This document shows positions 38,237 to 50,040 of a stretch of 64,000 bases of DNA, one piece after another (the first letter of the stretch is position 1; every line of letters begins with the position of its first letter). The position numbers and the translations under genes were made by a program. Under the pieces are notes generated by a model. The model was not told the origin of the DNA. It saw nothing but the letters and a program-made list of their open reading frames with translations, and made no database searches. The stretch comes from Planctomycetota bacterium (GTDB taxonomy: Bacteria; Planctomycetota; UBA8108; SXIK01). The stretch is taken from positions 2,944,001-3,008,000 of the forward strand of contig CBDCXR010000004.1 of assembly GCA_965223845.1 (NCBI GenBank). Direction: 5' to 3'.

Positions 38237-41200
38237 TCGTGCTTCTCGAAGATCTTGTGCTTCGCGTCCCCGCGGGCGTGAACGTAGGCGATGAGATCGA
38301 GAATCTCTTCTCGCGTGAGCTTGCTGAGCAAGCCTTTCGGCATGATCGAAGTGTCCGCTTTCTCTCGGCTCGCGATCGCGTCGGGAGCGAGGACGGTCGG
38401 CGGCGCCTTGCCCAGAGGATCCGTCGCTAGCTTGACCGCATCCGCCGTCTCCTCGATCACCATCCCCGTCACTACGTCGCCGGACTCGAGGACGAAGGTG
38501 TAGGAGAAATACCGCTCTTCGATCTCGGCCGACGGCTCGATGAGCGACTTCAGGATGTGTTCCGTCGTTCGCTTCTGCTCGTCGAGTTGAGCGAGGTCCG
38601 GCCCGACGTTCTGCCCCTCGTCGCCGAGGCGGTGACACGCCGAACAGCTCGCCGCGCGGAAGAGACTGCGACCGACCTCGTACGAACGACCGCCGTGAAG
38701 AGCGGCCACCTCAGGCGTGAGATCCGCGATCGTCCACTCCGTGTTGCGCGCGGTGTACTTGAGGAGCTCGTCCTTGAGGGGAAGCGGATTCGCCGCGAGG
38801 TACGCCTCGGGATCGGCGAGGTACGCCTTCAAGTCGCGGACGACGTACAGCGCGCCGTACATGCGCCGCCAGTGCCCGGGGTACGTACAGACGTACGGGT
38901 AGATTCCGGGATCATTCGGCACGTCGAACCCGAGCGCCTGCGTCTCTCCGGGCTGAAGCAGTCGACTCGCGAGGATGATCTTCTCCGACTTCGGAATGTA
39001 CTGCCGGGCTTCGGCGTCTTCGTCCTGAGCGGTCTCTTCGGCGAGGAGTCCGACTTCCTCGAGTGCGCCGGGAATCGTGACCGCGAAGTTGTGCGGCATA
39101 TTGTCCGTGTTCGAGATGATGAACTCCACGCGACGGCCTGCCGCGACGGCGAGGCGCTCCTTGTCGTAGATCATCCGTTCGGGAACGGTACCGATTCGGA
39201 TCATCTGTACCTTGAGGTCGGCGAGGCGCGCCTGCACTTCGCGCGCGCGTTCGGGCGAAAGCTTGGCGGCGAGCGTGTCGCCGAGGCGCATCACGTCGAG
39301 CGCACTCCTCGACGTTCGGTAACGCTCCGGGATCTCGCTCACGTAGGAGGCGAGATTCACTGCGAGCGCGCCGATTTCGCTCTCAACCCAGGAGTCTTCG
39401 GGAAGCTCGCTCAGAGCTCGCACCGAGCTCACCACCTGTTTCCCGTCGGCCACGAGCCGCGCGAGGTCGCGGAACTTCTCCGCTTCTCGCCCCGGAATGG
39501 ACGAGAGGGAGCGGACGGCGACATCGTGGATCGTGTCCCGCCTCGGAGAGGATAGGCGTTCGCTCGGGATGCGCTGCTTTCGAAAACCGGGTCCGGCCCA
39601 CGACACGATGAGGCCATCGTTTCCGCCGTTGTCGTAGTACGTGACGACGATCGGATGCTCTCCCGGCTGGAGGCGGATTTGACCTCGCCGCTCGACCATA
39701 CCGTGATTTCCGTCGTTGTTGACGACGAGCTCGTTGGCGACGTAGAGGCGTGAGCCGTCGTCCGAGTTCGTGAAGAAGCGATAGCGTCCCGCTCGTTCGA
39801 CGCGGAGCATCCCGGTGAAACGAAGCCCGAAACCGTCGCGCTGCTGGATCTGCGGTACGTCGAACTTGATCTCGGGAACGATCCCCGCTGCCTTCGGCTC
39901 GTGTTTCGCAAACGACTCGATCGTGGCGTCGCGCGGCCGTGGAAAGAAGTACTCGACCAAGACTCCGTTCTCGTCGAGCTCGGCGCCCTCACCCGTCTCA
40001 CGAAGATGCTCCGGTAGATCGAACAGGAGCGGCCGAACTTCGTCGTAGAGTCCCTCCGGAACCTGCTTCGCATCGATGAGTGCGATCGCTTCGAGGAGCT
40101 CGCGAAGGCGGACCTTGTCCTTCGATGCGAGCTGGAGAGCCGACTCGGCCGAGCCGTCGGCGGCGATCCACGCGGCGTATCCCATCCGGCGCGTCTCGGC
40201 GCGCTTGCCATCCGTCGCCAGACGCCGGACCTGTGCGCGGGCGGATTGGACATCGCCCGCCATCGACTCGCCGAGTATCTGAGCGAGACCGGCGAAGCTC
40301 GCGTCGCGCTCGCGCGCATCGAGATCCTCGACGACATTGAGGAGAACCTGCAGCTCGGCGGCATTCTCGATTCGCGCGAGCCCCTGGATCGCTTCGCGGA
40401 GATGCGTGACCTCGACATCCGAACGCGAGAGAATCGCGCGGAAGACCGATTCGGTCCGCTCGAGCTTGAGAAGATCCGCCACGCTCGCGTTCCGCAGAAC
40501 GTAGGCGTACGCAGCTTCGGAAAGCTTCTTTCCCGAATCGAGCACGTGCTTTACGTACGCGTCGACGTCGATCGATCGACGCGCCTCGCGGAGTACAAAA
40601 TCGAGCTGGACGTCCGTCGGCAAGCGCTCCGCCTCGAAGACGATCTCCGCGGCATCCGGACCGCGATAGAAGACCGACGCCACGACGGCTTCCGCGCGAA
40701 CGCGGGGATGTCGGTCTGCGGCGAGCTCGAGAAGAAGAGCGCCGGTGTCCGGGACTTCGTCTGCCCAGTCGCGGAGAACGCGCACTGCCGCTGCGCGCGC
40801 GTGAGGCTCGGGCGAGCGCAAGACGCGTCGAAGGAGCTCGACATTCACGATCCGGTGCTGCTGGTGGACCCAAAGCGATTCGACGAGCGCGCGCGCATGG
40901 TTCGCGTTTTTCTCGTCGAACTTCGCCGACCACGCCTTCACGGCCGCGGCGACTTCTTCGCTGTTTCGTCCGCTGAGCTCGAGCCGTGCGCGGTAGCGAC
41001 GGCTGAGCATCGGCGCATCGAGATGCTTCACGACATCCGCCGTCGGTCCCGTCAAATCGGCCGGCTCGACGAGCGGACGCCCGTCCGCGGTAACACGGTA
41101 CACGCGACCGTGATCGTGATCTCGACTCGGGTCGCGGAGGTTGTGCTGCATGTGGCCGATGAGCGGGTTGTGCCAGTCGAGAATGTACAGCGCGCCGTCG

Positions 41201-43146
41201 CTTCCGACTTCGACGTCGCTCGGGCGGAAATTCGGATCGGAAGAAACGACGATCGTTTCGACCTCCTCTGCTCGGATCCCGGCGCCGTCGTCCACGAACT
41301 TGTACTGCGCGACGCCCTGAAATCCGATCGTGTTACAGATGAGAAGATTGCCCTGGTTCTTCTCCGGGAAGTGCGGCGACGCGAGAAGACCGATCGCCGG
41401 CACCGGACGGACCCGCTTTTGAAAGAGATGGCGCGGGGCCCCGCGTCCCGGGAATCCGACATAGAATCCGTTGCCACTCGTGCCGTCGGTCGCGAATTGG
41501 TAGCCCCACTCGTCGAATACGTCGCCGTGCGGATTCGGTCCGATCGGGAAGTGGAACTGAAACTCGTACGTCCGCGGGTTGAACCGGTACATCGCGGTTT
41601 GCGAGCTCCGATAGGGTGCACCCCACGGTGTCTCGATCCCCATGACGTGGAACACGCCGCGTTGAAAGTAGAGCCAGCCTCCAGGGCCGATCACGAAGGA
41701 GTTCGCCGTGTGGTGCGTGTCGGCCGAATCGATCCCGTGGAGCAAGCGGATTCTCTCGTCGGCCTTGTCGTCGCCGTCCGTGTCCCTGAGGAACACGAGA
41801 TCCGGGGCCTGGGCGACGATGACCCCCCCGCCCCAAAATTCGAAACCGGTCGGGTTGTGAAGCCCATCGGCGAACACGATGCACCGGTCGGCTCGCCCGT
41901 CGCGGTCCTCGTCGGGCAGAATGACGAGTTTGTCGTTCAGGGGCTTTCGCGGATTCCAGTGCGGGTAGGTCGGCCACGCGGCGACCCAGAGACGTCCCTT
42001 CGGATCGACGGAGCACTGGACCGGATTCACGAGCTCGGGGAACTGCTCCTCCGACGCGAAGAGGCCGACGCTCATCCCCTTCGCGATCGTCATCTTTGCG
42101 ATGGCCCCCGTTCCCGTGAGGAAATCGTGCTCGCCGCCGCGAGTCTTCCCCGGCCGGTTGGTCTTCACCTCGAGCGGCGGCGGGGCGTTCGAATCATCGA
42201 CCTTGAATTTCCCCCCGCGGGCGACCGCCCACACGCGTCGATCGCGGTTCGCGGTCATGACGTCGAGCATTTCGAGCTCGCGCTGCATCACGACGAAGTT
42301 CGTCTGGCCGTCGACGAACTTGAGCGAAGAGCGTCCCCCGAACACGCTGTATCCGTCCGTCGCGCGGTAGCGGTTGTGCCAGTAGAGATTCTTCTCGAGC
42401 ACGGCCTCGCGAACGCGCGCGAGGCTTGCTTCGTCGCGCGCGGGGGCTTCTCCGAAGAGCTCTCCGTCGATGATCTCCGCGAGGCGTCGATTTCCTTCCT
42501 CGGTGAGGTGAATGCCGTTGATCGTGAGCGGTTTCGGCGCTCGCGCGTAGAGATTCGCCGTCGCCGAGAAGAGATCGACGAACCGAACGTCGTGCTCCTT
42601 CGCCACCGCCGCCATGGCGCTCGTGTAGAGAGCGAGTCGCCGGTTGTTCTCGCTTCCGTCGGGAAGGTGCGGACTGTGGAGGTCCTCGTGCGCGATCGGC
42701 GAGAAGAGAACGACCCTCGGGGCGGACTCGCCGTTGTACTTCTGCTCCGCGATCTTCGTGAGAAATTCGGCGAGACGGGTTCGAAACCCGCTCAGCCCCT
42801 CCTCCCCAGCAAACGACTCGTTGTAGCCGAAGAACGCGAATATGAGGTCGGCTTCGGAATGAGAGAGATGCTGATCGGGAGAGCCGAAATTCGCCGAACG
42901 CGGTCGCACGTCGAGCTCGTCAGCGGAGAACCCCAAATTGCGAACGACGATCTCACGCTCGGGGAAGCGTGTCTGCACAAGCGTCTCGAGCCAGCCGTGA
43001 TGCTGCATCCGGTCGGCGAGCGTGTTTCCGATGTAACAGATGCGATCGCCCTTCCGGAGCTCGAGCTCCGGTGCCGCGTCGATCGGAGCAAGAGTCGTCC
43101 AACCGGCGAACGCGGCGACGAAAAGCGTTGGGAGCGAAGTCCTCAT
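38230..43146 (-). CDS. PVC-type heme-binding CxxCH multidomain protein (SGNH-like + beta-propeller dehydrogenase-like + HEAT + PA14 + cupredoxin + cytochrome c)
   Basis: Start MRTSLPT with signal peptide. GNTLADR/GYNES/NGIH; LFASE...NP, DxDGDGxAD-like repeats, FRPSD...[11 protein letters not shown]; PA14 NSDDGSRL; MPHNF and [12 protein letters not shown]; CSACH...VGPDL...SIMPKGL. Confidence 0.9.
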   Translation of the reverse strand: MRTSLPTLFVAAFAGWTTLAPIDAAPELELRKGDRICYIGNTLADRMQHHGWLETLVQTRFPEREIVVRNLGFSADELDVRPRSANFGSPDQHLSHSEADLIFAFFGYNESFAGEEGLSGFRTRLAEFLTKIAEQKYNGESAPRVVLFSPIAHEDLHSPHLPDGSENNRRLALYTSAMAAVAKEHDVRFVDLFSATANLYARAPKPLTINGIHLTEEGNRRLAEIIDGELFGEAPARDEASLARVREAVLEKNLYWHNRYRATDGYSVFGGRSSLKFVDGQTNFVVMQRELEMLDVMTANRDRRVWAVARGGKFKVDDSNAPPPLEVKTNRPGKTRGGEHDFLTGTGAIAKMTIAKGMSVGLFASEEQFPELVNPVQCSVDPKGRLWVAAWPTYPHWNPRKPLNDKLVILPDEDRDGRADRCIVFADGLHNPTGFEFWGGGVIVAQAPDLVFLRDTDGDDKADERIRLLHGIDSADTHHTANSFVIGPGGWLYFQRGVFHVMGIETPWGAPYRSSQTAMYRFNPRTYEFQFHFPIGPNPHGDVFDEWGYQFATDGTSGNGFYVGFPGRGAPRHLFQKRVRPVPAIGLLASPHFPEKNQGNLLICNTIGFQGVAQYKFVDDGAGIRAEEVETIVVSSDPNFRPSDVEVGSDGALYILDWHNPLIGHMQHNLRDPSRDHDHGRVYRVTADGRPLVEPADLTGPTADVVKHLDAPMLSRRYRARLELSGRNSEEVAAAVKAWSAKFDEKNANHARALVESLWVHQQHRIVNVELLRRVLRSPEPHARAAAVRVLRDWADEVPDTGALLLELAADRHPRVRAEAVVASVFYRGPDAAEIVFEAERLPTDVQLDFVLREARRSIDVDAYVKHVLDSGKKLSEAAYAYVLRNASVADLLKLERTESVFRAILSRSDVEVTHLREAIQGLARIENAAELQVLLNVVEDLDARERDASFAGLAQILGESMAGDVQSARAQVRRLATDGKRAETRRMGYAAWIAADGSAESALQLASKDKVRLRELLEAIALIDAKQVPEGLYDEVRPLLFDLPEHLRETGEGAELDENGVLVEYFFPRPRDATIESFAKHEPKAAGIVPEIKFDVPQIQQRDGFGLRFTGMLRVERAGRYRFFTNSDDGSRLYVANELVVNNDGNHGMVERRGQIRLQPGEHPIVVTYYDNGGNDGLIVSWAGPGFRKQRIPSERLSSPRRDTIHDVAVRSLSSIPGREAEKFRDLARLVADGKQVVSSVRALSELPEDSWVESEIGALAVNLASYVSEIPERYRTSRSALDVMRLGDTLAAKLSPERAREVQARLADLKVQMIRIGTVPERMIYDKERLAVAAGRRVEFIISNTDNMPHNFAVTIPGALEEVGLLAEETAQDEDAEARQYIPKSEKIILASRLLQPGETQALGFDVPNDPGIYPYVCTYPGHWRRMYGALYVVRDLKAYLADPEAYLAANPLPLKDELLKYTARNTEWTIADLTPEVAALHGGRSYEVGRSLFRAASCSACHRLGDEGQNVGPDLAQLDEQKRTTEHILKSLIEPSAEIEERYFSYTFVLESGDVVTGMVIEETADAVKLATDPLGKAPPTVLAPDAIASREKADTSIMPKGLLSKLTREEILDLIAYVHARGDAKHKIFEKHDH

Positions 43147-43342
43147 GCGCGCTGGGTCTCCTCGGCGAGTGAGTCGTATCGTGAATCGAGCGCTGACGCG
43201 GGGTCGCGAGACGTAGGGCGTCAAGCGCGGGGGGCTGCGATTATCGCAAAACGGTGAGGAGTCTGTCCAAGAGCTGGTGACGAGCTTTCTCGAGGACACG
43301 AACCCGGACACCCACCAACCGCGGCGCCGAGGCCCCGGTCGA

Positions 43343-44986
43343 TCAGCGTTTCGCTCGGGGCCGGCGCTTCTCGAGCCAATCCTGCTCCGGCAGTCCTCGA
43401 TTCGGTTGCTCCGTCCAGCGAGGAGCGGGAAACCACCTCAGCCCGCTGACCCTCGGGTAGGTTTCCCAGATGTCCCCGGACTCGGTCGCTCGCGCGTCCG
43501 CCGTGCTTCGAAGCTCACGCCACAAGCGCTCGCGGAGCGCGCGTAGGGTCGAGGAAAACTCAGGCTCTTCCGCGAGATTGGCGAGGCAGCCCGGATCGGA
43601 GCGGACGTCGTACAGCTCCTCCGCCGGTCTCTTCGCGACCGCGAGATCGAGATATCGCTTCACGCTCGGGTCGTCCGCGCGCGAAGTGAGATAGCTGAGC
43701 GACGGCCCCGCGTCGATGTCGTGGTAGCCGGCGTGAGGCGCGCTCAGCGTCGTCCCCGCGGGGCTCCCGTCCGCCGTGTAGCCGGCACGATGGTACTTTT
43801 GGCCCGGTCCGGCCGGCCAGCGCTCGGGCGCGAAGTTTCGAATGTAGAGATAGCGGTGCGTCCGCAGAGATCGCTGCGGATAGCCGAGCGAGTTGAAGCG
43901 AGACGACGAGTGACGCTCGCGCGCCGAGAAAACGGCGGTGCGCGACGGGTCGACGACACCGGACCGCGATGCACGCAAAATGTCGACGAGCGACCGTCCT
44001 TCGAGTGGAAACTCGCTCGGCGGCGGTGCGCCGGTGACGTCGTAAATCGTCGCGGTGAGATCGACAAACCCGACGAGGTCGTCGCTGACGCGCCCGGGCG
44101 ATTGAACGCCGGGGCCGCCGATCGCGAGTGGGATGTGAGTTCCGAACTCGTAGCAGTTCGCCTTCGCGCGAGGGAATGGAAAGCCGTTATCCGACGTGAC
44201 GATGACGAGCGTATCGTCGAGGAGACCGGCCCGCTCGAGGAGCGCGAGCATCCGTCCGAGATCCGCATCGAATCGCTCGACCTCTACGGCGTAGTCGAGG
44301 AGATCGCTCCGGATCTCCGGCGCGTCCGGGAGAAACGGCGGCACCTCGGCGTCGTCGAGCGTCTTCCCCGCGGCGAGGCCCGACCCCTTGTCGTAGCCCC
44401 GATGCGGATCGGAGCTCCCGAACCAGAAGCAGAACGGCTTCGACTCCGGACGCTCATCGAGGAAGCGCTCGAACGCAGCGGCGTATCCGCGTCGTCCGTT
44501 CGCGCCTCGAAACGGGACGCCCGCGGGATTCGTCGTTCGACCGAGCGCTCTGAAGTCTCCGGGTCCCCATCCTTTTCCGGTGGATCCGACGACGTATCCC
44601 GCGGCTGCGAGTCGATCGGGAAATGTCTCGAACTTCGGATGGAAATAGCTCGCGTGCGTACCGGCGTGCTCGAGCTGCCAGGTGTGACGGCCGGTGAGGA
44701 GAGATGCGCGAGAGGGACTGCAGCCGGGCGACGCGCAGAAAGCCTGAGTGAAGAGAACGCCCCGGCTCGCGACCCGGTCAAAATTCGGCGTCGACACCAT
44801 CGACGATCCGTACGCGGACGCGTGTGGCCACGACTGGTCATCGCTGATCGCGATGAAAATGTTCGGTCGCGACGCCGCCGAATCGCCGGCGAGAAGACCG
44901 CGAAGCGTTCCGAGCAGGACGGCGGCGACGACGATTCCATTCCGCGCAAGCGCCGAGCTGGGTGGCGATCGCCTCACTCGATGCAC
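43343..44986 (-). CDS. Cys-type S1 sulfatase (sulfamidase / N-sulfoglucosamine sulfohydrolase-like)
   Basis: PNIFIAISDDQ, PGCSPSRASLLTG, SDPHR, TSDNGFPFPRAK, ARERH, RPAEELYD. Confidence 0.93.
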   Translation of the reverse strand: MHRVRRSPPSSALARNGIVVAAVLLGTLRGLLAGDSAASRPNIFIAISDDQSWPHASAYGSSMVSTPNFDRVASRGVLFTQAFCASPGCSPSRASLLTGRHTWQLEHAGTHASYFHPKFETFPDRLAAAGYVVGSTGKGWGPGDFRALGRTTNPAGVPFRGANGRRGYAAAFERFLDERPESKPFCFWFGSSDPHRGYDKGSGLAAGKTLDDAEVPPFLPDAPEIRSDLLDYAVEVERFDADLGRMLALLERAGLLDDTLVIVTSDNGFPFPRAKANCYEFGTHIPLAIGGPGVQSPGRVSDDLVGFVDLTATIYDVTGAPPPSEFPLEGRSLVDILRASRSGVVDPSRTAVFSARERHSSSRFNSLGYPQRSLRTHRYLYIRNFAPERWPAGPGQKYHRAGYTADGSPAGTTLSAPHAGYHDIDAGPSLSYLTSRADDPSVKRYLDLAVAKRPAEELYDVRSDPGCLANLAEEPEFSSTLRALRERLWRELRSTADARATESGDIWETYPRVSGLRWFPAPRWTEQPNRGLPEQDWLEKRRPRAKR

Positions 44987-44993
44987 GACACGG

Positions 44994-46316
44994 CTACGCG
45001 AGATCGATTGGACCCTGCCCGCAGAGATCGGGGTTTCCGAACCGATCGATCCGGTGCCCGAAGCTGTGCGCGAGCGAGAGCAGGAACCGATTGTGCGGGA
45101 CGCGCCGATACTTCAGCGATCGTCCCGTCCGGAAGCCGAGCCCGCCGCCGACGAGAACGAAGGGGATATCGTTCAGCGTGTGCGAGTTTCCCTTCCCGAG
45201 CTCGTTCGTCCACACGATCGTGGTGTGATCCAGCAAGGAGCCGTCGCCATCGGGCTCCGGAGTCTCGGCGAGCCGCTGCGCGAGATGGACGAGCTGCTCG
45301 CAATACCATTTGTTGATGCGCGTGAGGTGGTCCTGCGCCTCGCGGTCCTTATCCGGCTTGTGCGAGAGCGCGTGATGGCCCTCGTTCACTCCGATCCAGC
45401 GCATCCGGGCCTGCCCGACCGAGTTCGTGTACTGCAGCGTCGCGACCCGCGCGTAGTCGGCGGCGAAGCTGTTGACGAGGAGCTCGATCTGCATCTTGCT
45501 GAGGCGCGGCATATTGTCGTTCTGCTCGTGCACGCCCGGCTCGAGCTCGGGGACCGCGTGACCGACTTCTTCGTCGCTCGATCGAAGCTCTTCCTCGAGC
45601 TCCCGCACCCACTGGGCGTGCTCGTCGAGCCGCCGGCGGTCGTCCGAGCTCAATACGCCGCGCAGCTTCGACATGTCTTCGCGCAGATCATCGAGAACGC
45701 TCTTCAGCGATTCGCGATCCTCGACCCGCCCGTAGAGCTTGTCGAACATCTGGTACGGATCGTCGATCGGCGCGAGCGGCTTGTTCGGCCCGGCGTACGA
45801 CAGCCGCGTCCACGTATCGGCCCGATCGGGAACCATGACGCCGAACTCGAGCGACCCGAAGCGAGTCTTTCTCGTCGGATCGGCCTGGAGGTGATTCTTG
45901 ATCTCCTGATCGATCGAGATTCCGCTCGCCCATCCCGCCGGCGTGTGCGAACCGCCCTGAACGTTCCCCGGAAAGAGCTCGACGCCGGTGAGGAGACACC
46001 CGATCCCGCGCATGTGGTTGTCGCCGTCGCCGCGGATCCGGTCGGCGAGTCCGTGAAGGATCAGAGTTCGATCCTGAAGCGGAGCGAGCGGCGAGAGGCT
46101 TTCCTTCAGCTTGAACGATTCGCCGACCTCGTCGGGCCAGAACGTGTTCGGAACGACTCCGTTCGGACTGAACATGACGACGAGGCGCTGCTTCCGCCGC
46201 CCACTTTGCGCGAAGCCGAGGCTCGGGAAATTGAGAAGGAACGGCAGCGCTCCCGCGCTGATCCCGAGATCCCGCATGAAATCGCGTCGCGTCCGTCTCC
46301 GACTCATCGTGATCAC
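44994..46316 (-). CDS. DUF1552 domain protein (Tat-exported)
   Basis: TRRDFM Tat motif; [19 protein letters not shown]...FDKLYG, HHALSH, SLLDHT, GNSH...IPFVLVGG. Confidence 0.9.
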   Translation of the reverse strand: MITMSRRRTRRDFMRDLGISAGALPFLLNFPSLGFAQSGRRKQRLVVMFSPNGVVPNTFWPDEVGESFKLKESLSPLAPLQDRTLILHGLADRIRGDGDNHMRGIGCLLTGVELFPGNVQGGSHTPAGWASGISIDQEIKNHLQADPTRKTRFGSLEFGVMVPDRADTWTRLSYAGPNKPLAPIDDPYQMFDKLYGRVEDRESLKSVLDDLREDMSKLRGVLSSDDRRRLDEHAQWVRELEEELRSSDEEVGHAVPELEPGVHEQNDNMPRLSKMQIELLVNSFAADYARVATLQYTNSVGQARMRWIGVNEGHHALSHKPDKDREAQDHLTRINKWYCEQLVHLAQRLAETPEPDGDGSLLDHTTIVWTNELGKGNSHTLNDIPFVLVGGGLGFRTGRSLKYRRVPHNRFLLSLAHSFGHRIDRFGNPDLCGQGPIDLA

Positions 46317-46390
46317 ACTCTCCGTTCAGGCCCGCCGTTGACTGCGATTCTCAGCTACTCTTTATGTGCGATGATTCGATCGTTTGCCAA

Positions 46391-48751
46391 TCAGAAACGC
46401 CGGAGGCGCGGCCTCGGCGAGCCGTCTCTCGGGGGCATCGCCGCGATCTCGGCCACCCGGACAAGCAGCTTCTGAATGTCGAATCCATTCTCGACGAACT
46501 CGCGGAGAAGCTCATCGGCGACACCGGGGCCGAACGCGCGAATCGGCTGCTTGGCCGTGTTGTGAAAAAGCTGGACCACGAATGCCTCGTGCGCCTGCTC
46601 GCTCCCGGCGACGAACTGCGCGAGCTCTCGCGCTCCGCGAAACGACCTCTCCTCGCCGGACGGCAGCTCGTACGAACCCGAGACGTCGATGGGCTTCCCC
46701 TTCTCCTCCGCGCGAAACTGCCCTACCGCATCGAAGTTCTCGAGCGCGAATCCGAACGGATTGATCAGTCCGTGACAACCGCGGCAAGCCGTCGGCTTCG
46801 TCTGAAGCTCGATGCGCTCGCGCGTCGTCAGATCCGGATGAAGATCGGCCGGGAGCGGCGTGAACGCCTCGGGCGGCGGCCGAAGCGCGCGACCGAGAAC
46901 ATTCCGGGCGAGAAACACCCCGCGATGGATCGGCGAGCTGAAGTCCGCGTACGCGAAACGAGCCATGATATACGGATGGGAGAGAACACCGGCGCGCTCC
47001 GTGCGCTCCGCCGGCACCCGCTGAAACGGGGCGCCCTTCGGCAGGTCGACTCCGTAGTACGCGCCGAGTCGGTCGTTCACGAACCACTCGTTCCCGAGAA
47101 AGAACCGGCGAAAGTCCGCCCCTCGGCTCCAGACGACGTCGTCGAGATAGAGATCGAGGGAGGTGCGGAGATCGGCGACGATCTCGGCGCTGAACTTCGG
47201 AAATCGATCGGCGCTCTTCTCGATCTCTCGCTCGTCCGCGACGTCGAGCCAGCGATGGAGAAACCAGCGCATCTTCGCTCGCGCTCGCCGATCGCCGAGC
47301 ATCCTTCGGGCGTGCTCGGAGGCATCTCCCGGCGTACGGAGCGAACCGCTCGCGGCTGCCTGGAGGAGTCGCTCGTCGGGAATCGAATCCCAGAGTGCAA
47401 ACGACAGGCGCGACGCTGCCGCGAAGTCACCGCCTTCGAGGCCGGGATAGAGAAAACGGGGTGACTTGAGCGAGAGGAGGACGACGCGCTTCACCGCACT
47501 CGCCCCATCGGGGGCGCCGTCGAACTGCCGATCGACGTACGCCGAAGTTTCGTCGTCGCGCAGAGGTCGGCGGAACGCGCGCTCGACCCATCGCCGAGAA
47601 AACGAACGAAGCTTCGCGCCGTCGTCGCGCGCTCCCGCGAGCTCGCGAAGATTCGCTTCGACATAGCTCGCCGTGTCGATGGCCGCGGTGGTCGTCGCCT
47701 CGACCCACGCGCGCGAAACCGACGTGCCGCGTTCGTACCCGACACTCCGGTCGTCAGGCGGAAACGCGGTGTCGAGCACAAAAAACTCGGGCGCTCGCTC
47801 CGTCGAGAGGTGCCGCGCCGGGATCAGCTCGTCGGGACTGCCGGGTCGCCGCCAGTGGAGCTCGATAAAGGCCGGAACCGGCTTCGGATTCTTCTCGTCC
47901 TTGCGGACCCCCTGATTGCGTGAGCTGAACTCGAGCCGGAGCGGATAGGCGCGACCGTCGATCAAATATCGCGACGCGCGAAACTCAGTGCCATCTCCCG
48001 ACTTCACCCAGGCGTCGATGAGGGGTTCTTCGCGGTCGTTTACCCATAGTCGCGCCGCGTGATCGGTACGCACCACGAACTCGTAGACGCCGGTGTCCGG
48101 CGCGAGGACGCTCCCTTCCCAGCGCGCGGAGAATCCCTGAGTGCCGAGCTTCTCCGCGTCGGGGTTCTCCGCGAGAAAGTCGAACTGAACGACGGGGTCC
48201 GTACGTTCGACCGCACGGTCTCGGCCCGGCCGACGGCTCGCGAAGTACTCCCCGCGAAGGCCTCCCGTCGTGAGCGCCGGCGAAGGTGCCCGAAACGCTG
48301 CAACCAAGTCGCCCACTGCGTTTCGAAACTGCCTTTGCGTGAGGTGCGAAAGCTCGATCCGGGCGGGTCGATTTCGCGCCTGGGCGATCGGGGAGTAAAA
48401 CGTGTCGTAGATGAATCGAGCCACCAGCCGGGCGTCTTCTCCGACGCACTCTTCCGGCGACTCGTCGGGCATCGACTTTTCGATGTAGCGCGCGAGCTGA
48501 ACGACCGATTTGTCGCCGACGAGCGGCCGCGAGTATTCGCCCTTGACCCCCTCACCGCCCCGTCCGTGACAGCTCGCACAGCGCTCGAGAAAAATCGCGC
48601 GTCCGCGCTCGTCCGACTCGGGTGGGACAGCGCCGGTCACGCGGTCCTCGGTCGCGCTCGCCGCGTCGTCAGCCGACGCGGCGAGCGGGAAAGCCGTCGC
48701 CACCAGAAGAACGGCGATCGAAAACGGGCTGGGGCGCACCCTCGGATTCAC
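46391..48751 (-). CDS. Cytochrome c + PA14 + DUF1595/DUF1592/DUF1588/DUF1585 protein
   Basis: Signal peptide; CASCH; PA14 FSARWEG...YEF; RAFRRP, LKSPRFLY, ASRLSFALWDSIPD, SPIHRG, CRGCH...PFGFALENFDAVG. Confidence 0.9.
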   Translation of the reverse strand: MNPRVRPSPFSIAVLLVATAFPLAASADDAASATEDRVTGAVPPESDERGRAIFLERCASCHGRGGEGVKGEYSRPLVGDKSVVQLARYIEKSMPDESPEECVGEDARLVARFIYDTFYSPIAQARNRPARIELSHLTQRQFRNAVGDLVAAFRAPSPALTTGGLRGEYFASRRPGRDRAVERTDPVVQFDFLAENPDAEKLGTQGFSARWEGSVLAPDTGVYEFVVRTDHAARLWVNDREEPLIDAWVKSGDGTEFRASRYLIDGRAYPLRLEFSSRNQGVRKDEKNPKPVPAFIELHWRRPGSPDELIPARHLSTERAPEFFVLDTAFPPDDRSVGYERGTSVSRAWVEATTTAAIDTASYVEANLRELAGARDDGAKLRSFSRRWVERAFRRPLRDDETSAYVDRQFDGAPDGASAVKRVVLLSLKSPRFLYPGLEGGDFAAASRLSFALWDSIPDERLLQAAASGSLRTPGDASEHARRMLGDRRARAKMRWFLHRWLDVADEREIEKSADRFPKFSAEIVADLRTSLDLYLDDVVWSRGADFRRFFLGNEWFVNDRLGAYYGVDLPKGAPFQRVPAERTERAGVLSHPYIMARFAYADFSSPIHRGVFLARNVLGRALRPPPEAFTPLPADLHPDLTTRERIELQTKPTACRGCHGLINPFGFALENFDAVGQFRAEEKGKPIDVSGSYELPSGEERSFRGARELAQFVAGSEQAHEAFVVQLFHNTAKQPIRAFGPGVADELLREFVENGFDIQKLLVRVAEIAAMPPRDGSPRPRLRRF

Positions 48752-48949
48752 AGGCGTTCTCTCCCGCTAGAGACTACGCAGACGTGCCGGAATGGAAACG
48801 TCACGCGAACATCGCTCGCGCCTGAGCGCGAGGTCCGTTCGCCGCACCGCGGCCACGGCCGCGGACACGCTCGAGCCGTGTATTTTAGAGACCTCCGTCG
48901 CCGCCGTCGATGATCGAACCCCGGACGATCCCCGACGCTTCGGCCCGGC

Positions 48950-49834
48950 TCAGGATTCGACGAGTGCCCCGACGCCCGAAGCGAGCGCGAACAGCGCCTT
49001 CACCTCGTCGGCACTCAGGCTCCGATTGAAGATCGCGAGCTCGTCGAAGTCACCGATGTAGTTCACACCGACCATGATGACCGAACGCGCGACATCCCAC
49101 GTAAAGAGCTGCGGCCGCTCGAGCTCTCCCGCGAGTCGACCGTCGAGGTAGAGGCGCGCGCGCGCGGGTGCCTCGCCTCCGTTCACGCCCTCGAACGTGA
49201 ACGCCACGTGAGTCCATCGATCTCGCCGAAAGGGATGTTCGCTGACCACCACCATCGGCCGCTCGTCGGCGGCGATGTCCTCCCACTTTCGGCCGGTCGG
49301 ATTCCAGCTCTTCAGGTCGGAAAAGACGCCGAGGCGAAACTCGCGCGGATTGTCCTTCGTAAAGTCGACGAACATCGCCGCGTCGTTCCAGGTCTTGTCC
49401 GTGATCTGGATCGGGTCGCAATACCCCGGCTCGAGGTCTTCCTCCGGTGTCAGCCGAAGCCAAAACGACAGCGTTCCGCTCCAAGCTTCGGGGCGAAAGT
49501 CGACGTTTCGCTCGCCGCGGTAGTAGAGAAAGCCCGGCCCCTTCTTGCCGAAATGAAGCGCGCCGCCGTGTCGTCCGTCCTCCACGACGGCGACATCGTC
49601 GCGCGCGAGTCCGGCGGTACCGTCCGGAATCTTCCCCGTCGTCGTCGTGTAGATCCCGCTTTCGCCGCGCGCGTAATCGGCGTCCGTCCCCGCGTCGAAC
49701 GACGCGTAAAACGTGAGCGCCGACGCGAGGTCACTCGCTCCGGAGTTGCCGGATCCGAAACCGAAATACGAACAGCCGATCGACGAGAGAGAGAATACTC
49801 CGAGGAAGGTGGTCACGAGCACTTGTCGCATCAT
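48950..49834 (-). CDS. LamG-like jelly-roll lipoprotein
   Basis: Lipobox SIGC; FYASFD, GTLSFWL, WTHVAFTF, LYLDG, GDFDELAIFNRSLS. Confidence 0.88.
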   Translation of the reverse strand: MMRQVLVTTFLGVFSLSSIGCSYFGFGSGNSGASDLASALTFYASFDAGTDADYARGESGIYTTTTGKIPDGTAGLARDDVAVVEDGRHGGALHFGKKGPGFLYYRGERNVDFRPEAWSGTLSFWLRLTPEEDLEPGYCDPIQITDKTWNDAAMFVDFTKDNPREFRLGVFSDLKSWNPTGRKWEDIAADERPMVVVSEHPFRRDRWTHVAFTFEGVNGGEAPARARLYLDGRLAGELERPQLFTWDVARSVIMVGVNYIGDFDELAIFNRSLSADEVKALFALASGVGALVES

Positions 49835-50040
49835 CGCCGTCGATCTCCTTTCTTACGTACTTCGATCCGTCCCGTCGGCGTCACACCGCGGACTCGAGCG
49901 AGGCGCTCATGGTACGCGTTCCCCACCCCGGCGTCTCACGCGGAATTGCCGCGTCGATGTGGAAGAAGAGACGGAACGCCGGCTAAGATGATCTGCGCTC
50001 GACGCTGCCGGCCGAGCTCAGCCCCTTCTTCCGGAGATTC

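Noticed and set aside
40246-43257. 1003-aa plus-strand ORF and many other long antisense ORFs (e.g. 13513..15285, 17087..19039, 27143..29134, 33033..34709, 44748..46475)
   Set aside because: They are shadow frames of well-supported genes in high-GC DNA, with biased composition and no recognisable motifs.
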